Shown piece after piece: positions 29,247 through 39,100 of a stretch of 40,062 nucleotides of DNA; within the stretch, counting starts at the first letter, position 1; every line of letters begins with the position of its first letter. This DNA comes from a bacterium (lineage in GTDB: Bacteria > Patescibacteriota > Dojkabacteria > JAOAGR01 > JBAXGO01): the NCBI GenBank assembly GCA_037139335.1, contig JBAXGO010000004.1, forward strand, positions 1 to 40,062. Reading direction: 5' to 3'. The notes under the pieces were generated by a model. That model was not told the DNA's origin. It did no database searches and was given only the letters and a program-made list of their open reading frames with translations. A program made the translations under genes and the position numbers.

Positions 29247-31145
29247 TTAACTTTCTTCTCTCCATTCCACATCGACTAATCGCTCTTTTGGTAGGCTCTT
29301 TAATTCTCGGCAGTTTGTTTTATGAACTGTGACGCCGTGTTCTAGCGATGTAAAGCCGATTATTTTATCTTTTTGTGTTGGTGAGCAACATTTTGCTAAA
29401 TAATATTGTATTCCTTTGTGACCTTTTACAAGAATTGTGTATTTTTTTGCATCACTATTTTCTTTAACATAATCGGGGTTGAATTCTGGCTTTGTTTTTT
29501 CCTTATCGCTTTTTTTCAATACAGTTTTGAGAGCATATGAAAGATTTATCATTCTGAGATGAACTCTTCTAAAAAACTCTTCCTCATCTCCGCCAGAATA
29601 TTCATTTGCTAATTGATCTATTTCTTTTTGAGAAATTTCCATCTTTAAATCAAAAAGCTTTTGCTTGAAGTCTTCTTTCCCTGCTATTACTTGACTATCT
29701 CTATCTAGTTTAGATAATTCACGTCTAATTATTCCTGCTGTTCTGGGGAGTACCCAACTTTCCCATTCTTGGCTTGGAATATTTTTATTCTTTGATGACA
29801 TTATTTCTATAACATCTCCTGTATCGATTTTTGTATTTAGTGTAACTATTTTTCCGTTAACTTTAGCGCCAATACATGAATTTCCTAATCGGGTATGAAT
29901 TCTGTATGCAAAATCAATTACTGTTGCACCTTTTTGCATTTCAATTAATTGGCCAGTTGGTGTAAATACAAATATTTTATCTGCAAGTACGTGTTTAATT
30001 GAATAATCTTTTTTCTTTTTATCTTGCCACTTAACTAAATTTTTTACCCATGAAAAAGCATTAGTTGTCTTATCATCACCTATTTTATAAGCTATGTGTG
30101 AGGCGGCTCCATATTCATTGAATTCATGCATCTTTTTTGTGCGAATCTGCACTTCTACTATTAAATCTTTGATATAAATATCTGTTTGAAGTGATTGATA
30201 TCCATTATCTTTTGGTCTGGATATGTAGTCGTCAAATTCAGATGGAATATGTTCATATATTGAGTGAATCGCTCCAAGTGCTTTGTAACAATCAATTACA
30301 TTATTGTTATGTGTAATTAATCTGACAGCTAGTAAATCGTGTATTTCACTTGTTGAATAAACATCAATTTTATTTTTATTCAAATATTTCATAATTTTGT
30401 TATGAAGTGATGCCGCACTTTTTACTCTTCCTGAAATTTCACAAGGAATTTTATTTTCCTTCATTAAATTTTCTAATTCTTTTTTTACTAGAAAAATATT
30501 TTGTTCACTGCTTCTAGGATCTTCTTTGATTAGTTTTTCTAAATAATGATATTGGTTTTGATTTACAACTCTGAAAGCAATATCTTCTAGTTCTCTTTTC
30601 CATACTCCTATATTTATATATTCTGCAAGTGGAACGTATACATTTAATGTCTCTTTGGAATAAGTTATTTGTCTTTCTGGAGCGAGGTAAGTGATAGTTC
30701 TCATATTATGCAGTCTATCTGCCAATCTGATAATTATGACACGTATATCGTCTGTCATAGCGAAAAGCATGCGTCTAAGATTTTCGTAATCCTCAAATTT
30801 TACGTCAGAATTTGTAGTAAGCTCGTCTACTTTTGTTTCGCTTTTTACTAAATCTGCTACCGTTATTCCAAACTTTTTATTTATTTCGTCATAATGTACA
30901 CTGCAATCTTCGATTACGTCATGAAGCAGGGATGCAATGATGGTGTCTTCGTCCATGTTAAGCAGCATCAAATCTTTAGCAACTTCTATTGGATGAATGA
31001 TGTAGGGTTCACCAGATTTTCTTTGCTGAATGTTGTGCAAAGTATAAGCCCATTCGAATGCGTCTTGTAATCTTTTGGACTTATAAGATTCGTGACCCTT
31101 AATTAAATTTTGAAAAAGTTTTTCTTTTGAATATTTATCTTCCAT
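29247..31145 (-). CDS. rel: RelA/SpoT homologue, (p)ppGpp hydrolase/synthetase with TGS and Cys-rich domain but no ACT
   Basis: RKSGEPYIIHP, LHDVIED, LADRLHNMRT, GRVKS, PK.NGYQSL, EVQIRT, VFTP.G, DFAY.IHT, AKCC.P. Confidence 0.93.
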   Translation of the reverse strand: MEDKYSKEKLFQNLIKGHESYKSKRLQDAFEWAYTLHNIQQRKSGEPYIIHPIEVAKDLMLLNMDEDTIIASLLHDVIEDCSVHYDEINKKFGITVADLVKSETKVDELTTNSDVKFEDYENLRRMLFAMTDDIRVIIIRLADRLHNMRTITYLAPERQITYSKETLNVYVPLAEYINIGVWKRELEDIAFRVVNQNQYHYLEKLIKEDPRSSEQNIFLVKKELENLMKENKIPCEISGRVKSAASLHNKIMKYLNKNKIDVYSTSEIHDLLAVRLITHNNNVIDCYKALGAIHSIYEHIPSEFDDYISRPKDNGYQSLQTDIYIKDLIVEVQIRTKKMHEFNEYGAASHIAYKIGDDKTTNAFSWVKNLVKWQDKKKKDYSIKHVLADKIFVFTPTGQLIEMQKGATVIDFAYRIHTRLGNSCIGAKVNGKIVTLNTKIDTGDVIEIMSSKNKNIPSQEWESWVLPRTAGIIRRELSKLDRDSQVIAGKEDFKQKLFDLKMEISQKEIDQLANEYSGGDEEEFFRRVHLRMINLSYALKTVLKKSDKEKTKPEFNPDYVKENSDAKKYTILVKGHKGIQYYLAKCCSPTQKDKIIGFTSLEHGVTVHKTNCRELKSLPKERLVDVEWREES

Positions 31146-31153
31146 GGCTCTTT

Positions 31154-31162
31154 AGTATAACA
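31154..31162 (-). promoter_or_regulatory. Extended -10 promoter of rel (near-leaderless)
   Basis: TGTTATACT ends 8 nt upstream of the ATG at 31145. Confidence 0.55.
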
Positions 31163-31289
31163 TGAAAATTTTATCTAATTAATATAATTAATATATTAAT
31201 TGTAATTAAAAACTGTCCTTATTGTTGTTTTTATGGATTGATTTTTTACAACAATATTGATATTTTGTTAATAGGTATAACATATTTTT

Positions 31290-34200
31290 ATGTCTTTATT
31301 TTCTGCGTTTGTTAGAAAATACAAATTAGGATTGATATTATTGATGATATTAATTTTTACAGCGGTTATTAACCCGTTGAGAGCAGCTACGCCTATTATT
31401 AACTATCAGGGAAAACTGACAAATTTGGATGGAACTAATGTTGCCGATGGTAGCTCGTACGCCTTCAAAATAAGGTTTATGAGTGCATTAACTGGAGGTA
31501 GCTGTTTGTATACACTTGCGGGAACTGGAGGTACTAAGGGATGCTCTTCCCCAACTGCAACAAATATTACAGTCACCAATGGCGTTTTTAATATTCCAAT
31601 AGGTGATACTACAGCATTAACTGGTACTAATGATCTTACAGGTGTCGATTTCAATACAGATATGTGGATGGAAGTTACTATTGGAACTGATGTTTTGTCA
31701 CCGAGAAAAAGAATTACTGGAAGTGCTTTTTCCTTTGACCAAAGGCAAGTAAGATTGATTGAAGATGGTGCAAACGGTAGTAATTATGTAGGATTTCAAG
31801 CTCCTTCCGCTTTATCTGGAAATGTTTTATGGACTCTGCCCTCGGCAGATGGTGTTGATGGTCAGTTTTTAAAAACCAATGGTACTGGTACATTATCTTG
31901 GGTTACAGGAAGCTCATCCTCCGCTTTATCGAGCATAACAGCAGCCACAAGTTCCCCAACAGCGATAGACAATCTGACATACGCCCAGACATGGAACTGG
32001 AGTACATTAACGACACAGACAGCCTTAAGCTTAGGAACAAATACAACAGGAGCGACAACAGGAGGCATATTATCAGTAGGCTCAACAAATACAGTATATA
32101 ACCCAGGAGCAGGAAACACAGGAAGTTTAGCAACATTTGGAGCAAGTCAGTCAGGAAGCAATACGTCAGGTTTAGCCACAGTAAATGTTCTAAATTTAAA
32201 TTCGAAAATAAACACAACAGGAGCAACAGGAACGAAAGCAATAAATGCATTAAATATATCAGCACCAACATTAACAGCCTGTACTGGAGGATCATGTACA
32301 TGGACAGGTTTATACATAGCTGATCCTGGAACATTAGCCAATACAACACTGTATTCAATATATAGTGCTGGTGGTAGTAATTACTTCGGTGGAAAAACTC
32401 AAGTCGCAGTTAATGGTGCTGCAAGTGCTCCTCCACTATCTTTAACTGGAACTTGGTATTCAGGCGGTACTTCAACAACTACAAAACCACAATTGTTAAT
32501 TGAACCAACAGGTACTACGTCAACATACTGGAGTACTTCGGGTACTGGATTGGGAATAAACGCTCCTTCAGGTTTCTCAGGTATGTTGATAGATACTATG
32601 GTTAATAATTCAAGTAAATTTGTTGTAGATTCAACAGGTATTATGTATTTGGGAGGAGCAACTGATTGTAATGGAAATTGTATAAATGGATCTGGCACTT
32701 CTTTGGGAATTAATAGTGGTTCATCTGTTTCTATCAATTCACATAACGCAAACAATGTCTATTTAAATACAGATAGTAGATTCGCCTCTTTAATTAATGG
32801 TTCCGGTTTTACCATAGATTCAGTGGGGGCTACGACAGCTAATGCTATGTTAGATGTTAGAGCTACAGATATTACTAGTACTACAACGACAGGGACTATT
32901 GCTGCTGCAACATTTACAGGTTCTATTACCAAAAATAATACAACTACAGCAACATATCCATTTGTAAATATAAAGCCTACACTGGCAACTGGAGCAAGTA
33001 ATACAAATACCACTTTCAATATATTGAATCTAGATACTACAAATACTACTACTACAGGTCTTACAACAAATTTAATTAAGGCTTCATACGGTGGAGTGCA
33101 AAAATTCTTAGTTGATAGCGCGGGTAATATGACTGTAACTTCATGTACTGGTTGTTCATCCTCCGCTTTATCGAGTATAACAGCAGCCACAAGTTCCCCA
33201 ACAGCGATAGACAATCTAACATATGCCCAGACATGGAACTGGAGTACATTGACGACACAGACAGCCTTAAGCCTAGGAACAAACACAACAGCAGCAACAA
33301 CCGGAGGCATATTAGCAGTAGGATCAACGAGTACAGTATATAACCCTGGAGCAGGAGGCACAGGAAGTTTAGCAACATTTGGAGCAAGTCAATCAGGAAG
33401 TAATACGTCAGGTTTATCTACAGTAAATGTTCTAAATTTAAATTCGAAACTAAACACAACAGGAGCAACAGGAACGAAGGCAATAAATGCATTAAATATA
33501 TCAGCACCAACATTAACAGCCTGTACTGGAGGATCATGTACATGGACAGGTTTATACATAGCTGATCCTGGAACATTAGCCAATACAACACTGTATTCAA
33601 TATATGTCGCGGGAGGAAATACATACTTAGGGGGAAATTTAACTGTGACAGGTACTGCTTGGACAGCAACACCAACAATCTCCGGATTAATAACAGCAAC
33701 AAGTGGAATTACTTCCAATGGAGCTTTTACGGTAGGAGCGAACCAAAATATAGCAATGAATTCGGGGACAGGAACATATACTCAAACATATACAGGAACA
33801 AGTGATGCTATGACGTTGACGTCATTATCAACAACAGATACTAAATCTGTATTAAAAATTTCTCAGACAGGGGCTACAACAGGCACAGATTATGGAATGT
33901 ATGTAACCAATACAGGAGCAGGAACGACGAATGTCGGAGGTTATTTCTCAGCAAGCGGTGCTACGAATAACTATGCATTGTTAGTAGCCTCAGGAAGCGT
34001 TGGTGTTGGTACCACAAGTCCTAATGCTTCTTTAGATGTAATGTCGGCAACTTCACCACAGCTTAGAATTGGTTATGATGTCAGTAATTATTTGACAGCT
34101 GGAGTGGCTAGTAACGGAGCTGTCACGATGGGAGCTACAGGAACAGGTTCAAAAATCACATTTACATCAGAAACAGATTTGAGCGGAAGTGCTAGACATA

Positions 34201-34721
34201 CTCGTTTAGTTAGATTGAGTCCTGAATATCAAGGCGCAGTCTTAACTAAATTCTATGGTGCTGGAACAGATACTTTGACAACAGGAGCTATGGTATCAGA
34301 TTCAGAAACTTCAACAGGCAATGCCTTTAGAACTTATTATCAATGGTCATCAACTCAAACTTCATTAAATTATTATACTGTAGCAGTAAGAGTCACTCTC
34401 CCAGATGATTTCTCAGATTGGACTACAAGTAATGCAGTACAAATTGATTATCTTACAAATTCAACAAGTGCAGTATCAAATTTAATAGATGCTAGAATTT
34501 ATTTAACTAGTAGTTCTACAGCAGTTTATTCTGGTACATCAAATGTTTCTGGAACTTCCGCAACATGGACGACATTAGGAATTAGTAAAGCTTCATTAAC
34601 TGGTACTTCCAGCTGGAGTACTGCAGGTCAAACAGCAATTATATATTTAAGAATGTCAGCGAAGGATGCAAACTTCGTAAGAACAGGAGACATAACGCTA
34701 AACTATTTGAGCAAGTGGTAA
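31290..34721 (+). CDS. Large secreted Thr/Gly/Ser-rich tail-fibre-like surface protein, possible adhesin
   Basis: Signal peptide ending PLRA. INYQGKLT..DG N-domain. Fibre-type motifs WTLPSADG..GQFLKTNG.G.LSW and VGVGTTSP.ASLDV. 150-aa internal duplication. Confidence 0.75.
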   Translation: MSLFSAFVRKYKLGLILLMILIFTAVINPLRAATPIINYQGKLTNLDGTNVADGSSYAFKIRFMSALTGGSCLYTLAGTGGTKGCSSPTATNITVTNGVFNIPIGDTTALTGTNDLTGVDFNTDMWMEVTIGTDVLSPRKRITGSAFSFDQRQVRLIEDGANGSNYVGFQAPSALSGNVLWTLPSADGVDGQFLKTNGTGTLSWVTGSSSSALSSITAATSSPTAIDNLTYAQTWNWSTLTTQTALSLGTNTTGATTGGILSVGSTNTVYNPGAGNTGSLATFGASQSGSNTSGLATVNVLNLNSKINTTGATGTKAINALNISAPTLTACTGGSCTWTGLYIADPGTLANTTLYSIYSAGGSNYFGGKTQVAVNGAASAPPLSLTGTWYSGGTSTTTKPQLLIEPTGTTSTYWSTSGTGLGINAPSGFSGMLIDTMVNNSSKFVVDSTGIMYLGGATDCNGNCINGSGTSLGINSGSSVSINSHNANNVYLNTDSRFASLINGSGFTIDSVGATTANAMLDVRATDITSTTTTGTIAAATFTGSITKNNTTTATYPFVNIKPTLATGASNTNTTFNILNLDTTNTTTTGLTTNLIKASYGGVQKFLVDSAGNMTVTSCTGCSSSALSSITAATSSPTAIDNLTYAQTWNWSTLTTQTALSLGTNTTAATTGGILAVGSTSTVYNPGAGGTGSLATFGASQSGSNTSGLSTVNVLNLNSKLNTTGATGTKAINALNISAPTLTACTGGSCTWTGLYIADPGTLANTTLYSIYVAGGNTYLGGNLTVTGTAWTATPTISGLITATSGITSNGAFTVGANQNIAMNSGTGTYTQTYTGTSDAMTLTSLSTTDTKSVLKISQTGATTGTDYGMYVTNTGAGTTNVGGYFSASGATNNYALLVASGSVGVGTTSPNASLDVMSATSPQLRIGYDVSNYLTAGVASNGAVTMGATGTGSKITFTSETDLSGSARHTRLVRLSPEYQGAVLTKFYGAGTDTLTTGAMVSDSETSTGNAFRTYYQWSSTQTSLNYYTVAVRVTLPDDFSDWTTSNAVQIDYLTNSTSAVSNLIDARIYLTSSSTAVYSGTSNVSGTSATWTTLGISKASLTGTSSWSTAGQTAIIYLRMSAKDANFVRTGDITLNYLSKW
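31914..32363 (+). repeat. 450-bp intragenic direct repeat, copy 1
   Basis: Aligns without gaps to 33156-33605 (offset 1242) with about 22 mismatches by manual count. Confidence 0.95.
33156..33605 (+). repeat. 450-bp intragenic direct repeat, copy 2
   Basis: Matches copy 1 at 31914-32363. Confidence 0.95.
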
Positions 34722-34854
34722 AGAATATTTCAGAAAAAAAATTACAAAAAAGTAATGATCCAATTCTCTTCAAAATAAAATTTACAAGCAAACCGTATTG
34801 TTGGTTGGCTGGATAAAATCATGTTAATATAATTATATTGAATATAACTGCCCA

Positions 34855-36270
34855 ATGTATACTAAACTTATTATAAATAATGAAGAAATTGAGACTTCTC
34901 AATATTCATCATCACTTAATCCAATGGATGGTTCAGTCGTAGGTAATGTTTCTATAGCTACAATTGAAAACGTAGATAATGCCTTTTCTTCAGCCAAACA
35001 AGCTTTCAAAACATGGAAAAACACTTCTGCTCACGAAAGAATGTATAAATTAGAACTAGTTGCTGGAGCATTACTTCAGAAAAAAAATGAAATCGCAGCA
35101 TTACTTTGTTCAGAAATTTCCAAGCCAATGAAAGATTGTATTAAGGAAGTTGAAAGAAGTGCAGAATACATACTTTTTACAGCACATACTTATAGAACAA
35201 TAGAAGGACGTTTGGTGGATGGAGATAGGATGCCTGGTATTAATCACTTACAAAAGACAGCCATTGTAACTTACGAACCTCTTGGTGTTGTTTTAGCCAT
35301 AAGTCCTTTTAACTATCCTATTAATCTAGCCGTTACCAAAATAGCCCCCGCATTGGCTACTGGAAATACAGTTGTATTCAAACCAGCAAGTGCTGGTGCA
35401 ATAAGTGCTTATTTGATGATGAAAATATTCTCTGAAATAATGCCAGCAGGTGTCGTAAATTTCATAACAGGAAAATCTTCTGAAATAGGTGATTACATGC
35501 TTTCTCATAAAGAAGTAGATATGATTGCATTCACTGGCTCTACGCAAATTGGCCGTCATATTCAGGAATTAGCTAAATGTCCTGTCTATCTTGAATTAGG
35601 TGGTAAAGATGCTGCTTTAGTTCTTGCTGATGCAGATGTTGCCAAAGCTGCAAATGAAATTGTGAAAGGCGGTTTTTCATACTCTGCACAAAGATGTACT
35701 GCTGTAAAAAGAGTTGTCGTGGAGGATAGTGTTGCTGATGAATTAATAGGAAATATTTTAACTCGTGTATTTCAATTGAAAGTTGGAAAGGCAGAAGAAG
35801 ACGCTGATATTACCGCATTAATAGATTTAAAAAGCATGGGGTATGTAATGGAGTTAATTAATGATGCAAAAAATAAAGGTGCTGAGCTTTTATGTGGTGG
35901 ATATAGTGAAGGATCTGTAGTTTATCCAACTGTTTTGGACCATGTCACGAAAGAAATGAGAATTTATTCCGAAGAACCTTTCGGGCCAGTGCTACCAATT
36001 ATTAGAGTTCAAAATATGGAAGAAGCTCTTTCTACAGTGAATGATTCAAAATATGGCTTGCAGTCTGATGTCTTTACTCAAGATATTAATAAGGCAATGT
36101 ATCTAGCTAATAATATTGAGGCAGGAACTGTACAAATCAATGCAAAAAGCGATAGAGGGCCCGATAACTTTCCTTTTCCAGGAATTAAAGATTCAGGTAT
36201 GGGAAATGCTGGATTGAAAGATGCTTTATTAAGTATGATGAAAACTAAGGTTATAGTAATAAACTTATAA
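34855..36270 (+). CDS. gapN: Non-phosphorylating NADP-dependent glyceraldehyde-3-phosphate dehydrogenase (ALDH family)
   Basis: EPLGVVLAISPFNYPINLA, FTGST, LELGGKDAA, GFSYSAQRCTAVKRV, EEPFGPVLP, RGPDNFPF.G.K.SG. Confidence 0.9.
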   Translation: MYTKLIINNEEIETSQYSSSLNPMDGSVVGNVSIATIENVDNAFSSAKQAFKTWKNTSAHERMYKLELVAGALLQKKNEIAALLCSEISKPMKDCIKEVERSAEYILFTAHTYRTIEGRLVDGDRMPGINHLQKTAIVTYEPLGVVLAISPFNYPINLAVTKIAPALATGNTVVFKPASAGAISAYLMMKIFSEIMPAGVVNFITGKSSEIGDYMLSHKEVDMIAFTGSTQIGRHIQELAKCPVYLELGGKDAALVLADADVAKAANEIVKGGFSYSAQRCTAVKRVVVEDSVADELIGNILTRVFQLKVGKAEEDADITALIDLKSMGYVMELINDAKNKGAELLCGGYSEGSVVYPTVLDHVTKEMRIYSEEPFGPVLPIIRVQNMEEALSTVNDSKYGLQSDVFTQDINKAMYLANNIEAGTVQINAKSDRGPDNFPFPGIKDSGMGNAGLKDALLSMMKTKVIVINL

Positions 36271-36926
36271 TGGTTGTGATTTTAAATTTCAAAACTTATG
36301 ATGAATCTTTAGGTATTGAGGCATTACGATGTGCAAGATCTGCATATGAATTTTCTCTTCATTCAAAAAATAAAATTATTATATGTCCTCAAACAGTAGA
36401 TTTAGAAAATGTAATTCAGCATTATCCTCAATCAGATAATTTTGAAATATGGTCGCAACATGTAGATTATCAGCAGGGAGGTGCTAATACTGGCTTTTTA
36501 ACTCTAGAAACTTTGAAAAAAATTGGAGTTAGAGGTTCATTAATTAATCATGCAGAACACAAAATAAGTGATATTTATAAATATAATAAAATTGATGACG
36601 AAATCAATTTATGCTTATGTGCTGCAGACTTACTAGAGCTGAAGTTAGATGTCCAAAAAAATACTGAGTTTACACCGAAATATATTGCTTATGAACCACC
36701 ATCTTTAATAGGGGGAAATGTTTCTGTGTCGCAGAGCCATGGTGATGATATAGAATCTATTGTGGATAACTTTCCATCTTACGACATACTTGTTGGGGCA
36801 GGTGTGAAGACGAAAAAAGATGTAGAAATGGCTATAAAATATGGTGCAAAAGGAATTCTAATTGCATCGGGTTTCGTATACGCTGTGGATAAGTCGGATT
36901 TTTTACAAAAATTACTAGAATACTAA
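36270..36926 (+). CDS. tpiA: Triosephosphate isomerase, short archaeal type
   Basis: 218 aa with NFKTY, QHVD...G..TG, GSLINHAE, AYEPP.LIG..VSVS, LVGAGV, GILIASG. Confidence 0.88.
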   Translation: MVVILNFKTYDESLGIEALRCARSAYEFSLHSKNKIIICPQTVDLENVIQHYPQSDNFEIWSQHVDYQQGGANTGFLTLETLKKIGVRGSLINHAEHKISDIYKYNKIDDEINLCLCAADLLELKLDVQKNTEFTPKYIAYEPPSLIGGNVSVSQSHGDDIESIVDNFPSYDILVGAGVKTKKDVEMAIKYGAKGILIASGFVYAVDKSDFLQKLLEY

Positions 36927-36976
36927 CCTTTTCTTTATTCATGTGTTAAAATTCACATGTATTATTATTAAAGACT

Positions 36977-37207
36977 ATGATTAAATTTATTTCATACTTA
37001 CAAATTATTTTATCTGTACTTTTGATTATCTCAATCATATTGCAGATTAGAGGTGTCGGTTTATCTCCTACGTTTGGTGGTCTTACTTCTGGTGGTGAAA
37101 CTTTCAGACAGAGAAGGGGACTGGAAAAATTTCTTATGTATGCAACAATGGTATTGATAGCTTTAATCGCTGTAAGTAGCATTGCATTAATATGGCTAGA
37201 CAAATAA
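36977..37207 (+). CDS. secG: Preprotein translocase subunit SecG
   Basis: LQ.RG.GLS.TFGG, RRGLEK.L...T, two TMs. Confidence 0.92.
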   Translation: MIKFISYLQIILSVLLIISIILQIRGVGLSPTFGGLTSGGETFRQRRGLEKFLMYATMVLIALIAVSSIALIWLDK

Positions 37208-38907
37208 GGTCTAAATTATCAAAAAATATTTTGAAAAAGTTTTCCATAGGGAGATATTTTTCGAAACCGTTAATTTTTCTGAAGGCAATTTGGAATGTCT
37301 TATATAGAATCCAGCCTTTGTTTTCTATAATTATTGCATTAATAATTAGTCTGCCAATTGCTTATTCCATCGTGCAAGGAATAGACAATGTTGAATTCAA
37401 AAATGCCGAAAAAATATATAAAGAAGGTGTCATTGGTAATTTAACCGGTATCGATCCTCTGCCACAACTTCCATTAGAAAAACCATTCTCACAGCTGAAT
37501 AGAGATGTAACTCATCTTCTATTTGATCCGCTTTTTTCTACTGACACTTCTGGAAATCCAGTTGGTATTTTAGCTGAATCGTATGAAGCTCAAAGCGGTG
37601 GTTCAAAATTTAATATTAAGTTAAAAGATAGAAAGTGGAGTGATGGTACTAAGATTACTTCGGCAGATGTGGTCGAAACTTTTAGCTCAATCCAAAATAG
37701 TGGAGTCTCAGGACTTTATTACAGTTCTACAGAAGGGGTGAAAATAGAAGCTGTCGATGATTTAAATTTCTCCTTTACTCTTGATGTACCCAATAGTGCC
37801 TTTTTGGAAACACTGTATTGGCCTGTATTACCTGCTAAAAATCTAGTTGTTCGATATGATGTTTTGATGAAGACTGATTTTGCAAAAAATCCTATTAGTA
37901 GTACCGATTGGGAAATATTTTCCATTACAGATAAAGATATAACTTTGAAAAATCATTCTAATAGAAAATTAAAATTTGTATTTTTTGATACTCAAGGTGA
38001 ATTAGAAAAAGCCTTGAATTCAGGTGTTATTGATGGATATTCAACACTAGAAAAAATTGCAGAAAAAAACTACACAACTGTTTCCAAATTTGTTCTACCT
38101 AGACAGCTTTATGCGATATATTTTAACCTAACTGATACGGGTTCTCCAATAATTAAAGATCCAATAATTAGAAAAGCTATATCATATTCAATTGACCGTA
38201 ATGGTATCAGTCAAGATGTTGGTGTGCCTCGTCAAAGTATAATTATTCAAAGCTCATGGGCTTTTAATCCTAATGCAAATACTTATCCTATAGATATACA
38301 AAAGGCTAATGATATTTTGGATCAAGCGGGATATGCAAAAGATGGTGATTACCGTAAAGCTAATGGTGTTGAAATTGCATTCACTATATCAATTCCAGAT
38401 GTTTCTATTAGGAAGAAACAAGCTGAATATATTCAGGAATACTTAAAAAAAGTTGGTATTAGAATGAATATTAAGGCTATAAGTGATACGCAAATAATAG
38501 ATAATGAAAGAAAGTTTAATCTTTTTTACAATTCTGTCGTTTTAACAAAAAATTATGAAGCAATGATTTATTCTGTAGATTCTGGACTGGATCCAGATAA
38601 ATTTTCTCAGTGGCATAGTACGAAAATTCCAGATTACAATAAAGGTACCTATGGATTGAACTTTTCTGGCTATTCAAGTGTTAGGGTAGATAACTATCTC
38701 ACTCAAGGTAGGAAACAGACTGATCAAAATGCTAGAAAAACTCCATATAACCAATTTCAAAAGGTCTTTTATGAAGATGCTCCTGTGATTGCACTTTACA
38801 ATCCATATCTCTTTTATGTAACTTCAAAAAAAATTAGTAATGTAAATTTCACATCAGCATTTAGAATTGAGAATAGGTTCGTAAATTTTAATGAATGGAA
38901 ATTTTAA
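37192..38907 (+). CDS. ABC transporter peptide-binding protein (SBP family 5), N-terminal TM anchor
   Basis: EGVIG..DP, LLFDPL, LAES, WSDG..IT..DV..T, IRKAIS.SIDR, A..IL..AG, EDAP.I.LY. Confidence 0.88.
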   Translation: MARQIRSKLSKNILKKFSIGRYFSKPLIFLKAIWNVLYRIQPLFSIIIALIISLPIAYSIVQGIDNVEFKNAEKIYKEGVIGNLTGIDPLPQLPLEKPFSQLNRDVTHLLFDPLFSTDTSGNPVGILAESYEAQSGGSKFNIKLKDRKWSDGTKITSADVVETFSSIQNSGVSGLYYSSTEGVKIEAVDDLNFSFTLDVPNSAFLETLYWPVLPAKNLVVRYDVLMKTDFAKNPISSTDWEIFSITDKDITLKNHSNRKLKFVFFDTQGELEKALNSGVIDGYSTLEKIAEKNYTTVSKFVLPRQLYAIYFNLTDTGSPIIKDPIIRKAISYSIDRNGISQDVGVPRQSIIIQSSWAFNPNANTYPIDIQKANDILDQAGYAKDGDYRKANGVEIAFTISIPDVSIRKKQAEYIQEYLKKVGIRMNIKAISDTQIIDNERKFNLFYNSVVLTKNYEAMIYSVDSGLDPDKFSQWHSTKIPDYNKGTYGLNFSGYSSVRVDNYLTQGRKQTDQNARKTPYNQFQKVFYEDAPVIALYNPYLFYVTSKKISNVNFTSAFRIENRFVNFNEWKF

Positions 38908-38909
38908 AA

Positions 38910-38983
38910 TGGGCAATACAGGGCTCGAACCTGTCACCTCACGAATGTGAATCGTGCGCTCTAACCAACTGAGCTAATTGCCC
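38910..38983 (-). tRNA. tRNA-Val(CAC), CCA not encoded
   Basis: Minus strand reads GGGCAATTAGCTCAGTTGGTTAGAGCGCACGATTCACATTCGTGAGGTGACAGGTTCGAGCCCTGTATTGCCCA. Anticodon arm is CACGA-TTCACAT-TCGTG. Confidence 0.95.
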
Positions 38984-39100
38984 TTTTTCTAAATTTATCC
39001 CCATAGAACACAATTATTGCATAATGTCAGCTATATAAAAAGATTGCCGAAAAATAGACAAGTAATATAATCGATTAAATTTAGATTATTTTTATTATTT

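Noticed and set aside
31914-33605. Diversity-generating retroelement TR/VR pair
   Set aside because: Mismatches involve all four bases and are mostly synonymous. Both copies are in-frame coding sequence, and there is no reverse transcriptase in the window.
31406-33718. Many antisense and alternative-frame ORFs within the large surface gene and other CDSs
   Set aside because: They are shadow ORFs caused by biased Thr/Gly/Ala codons of the real gene.
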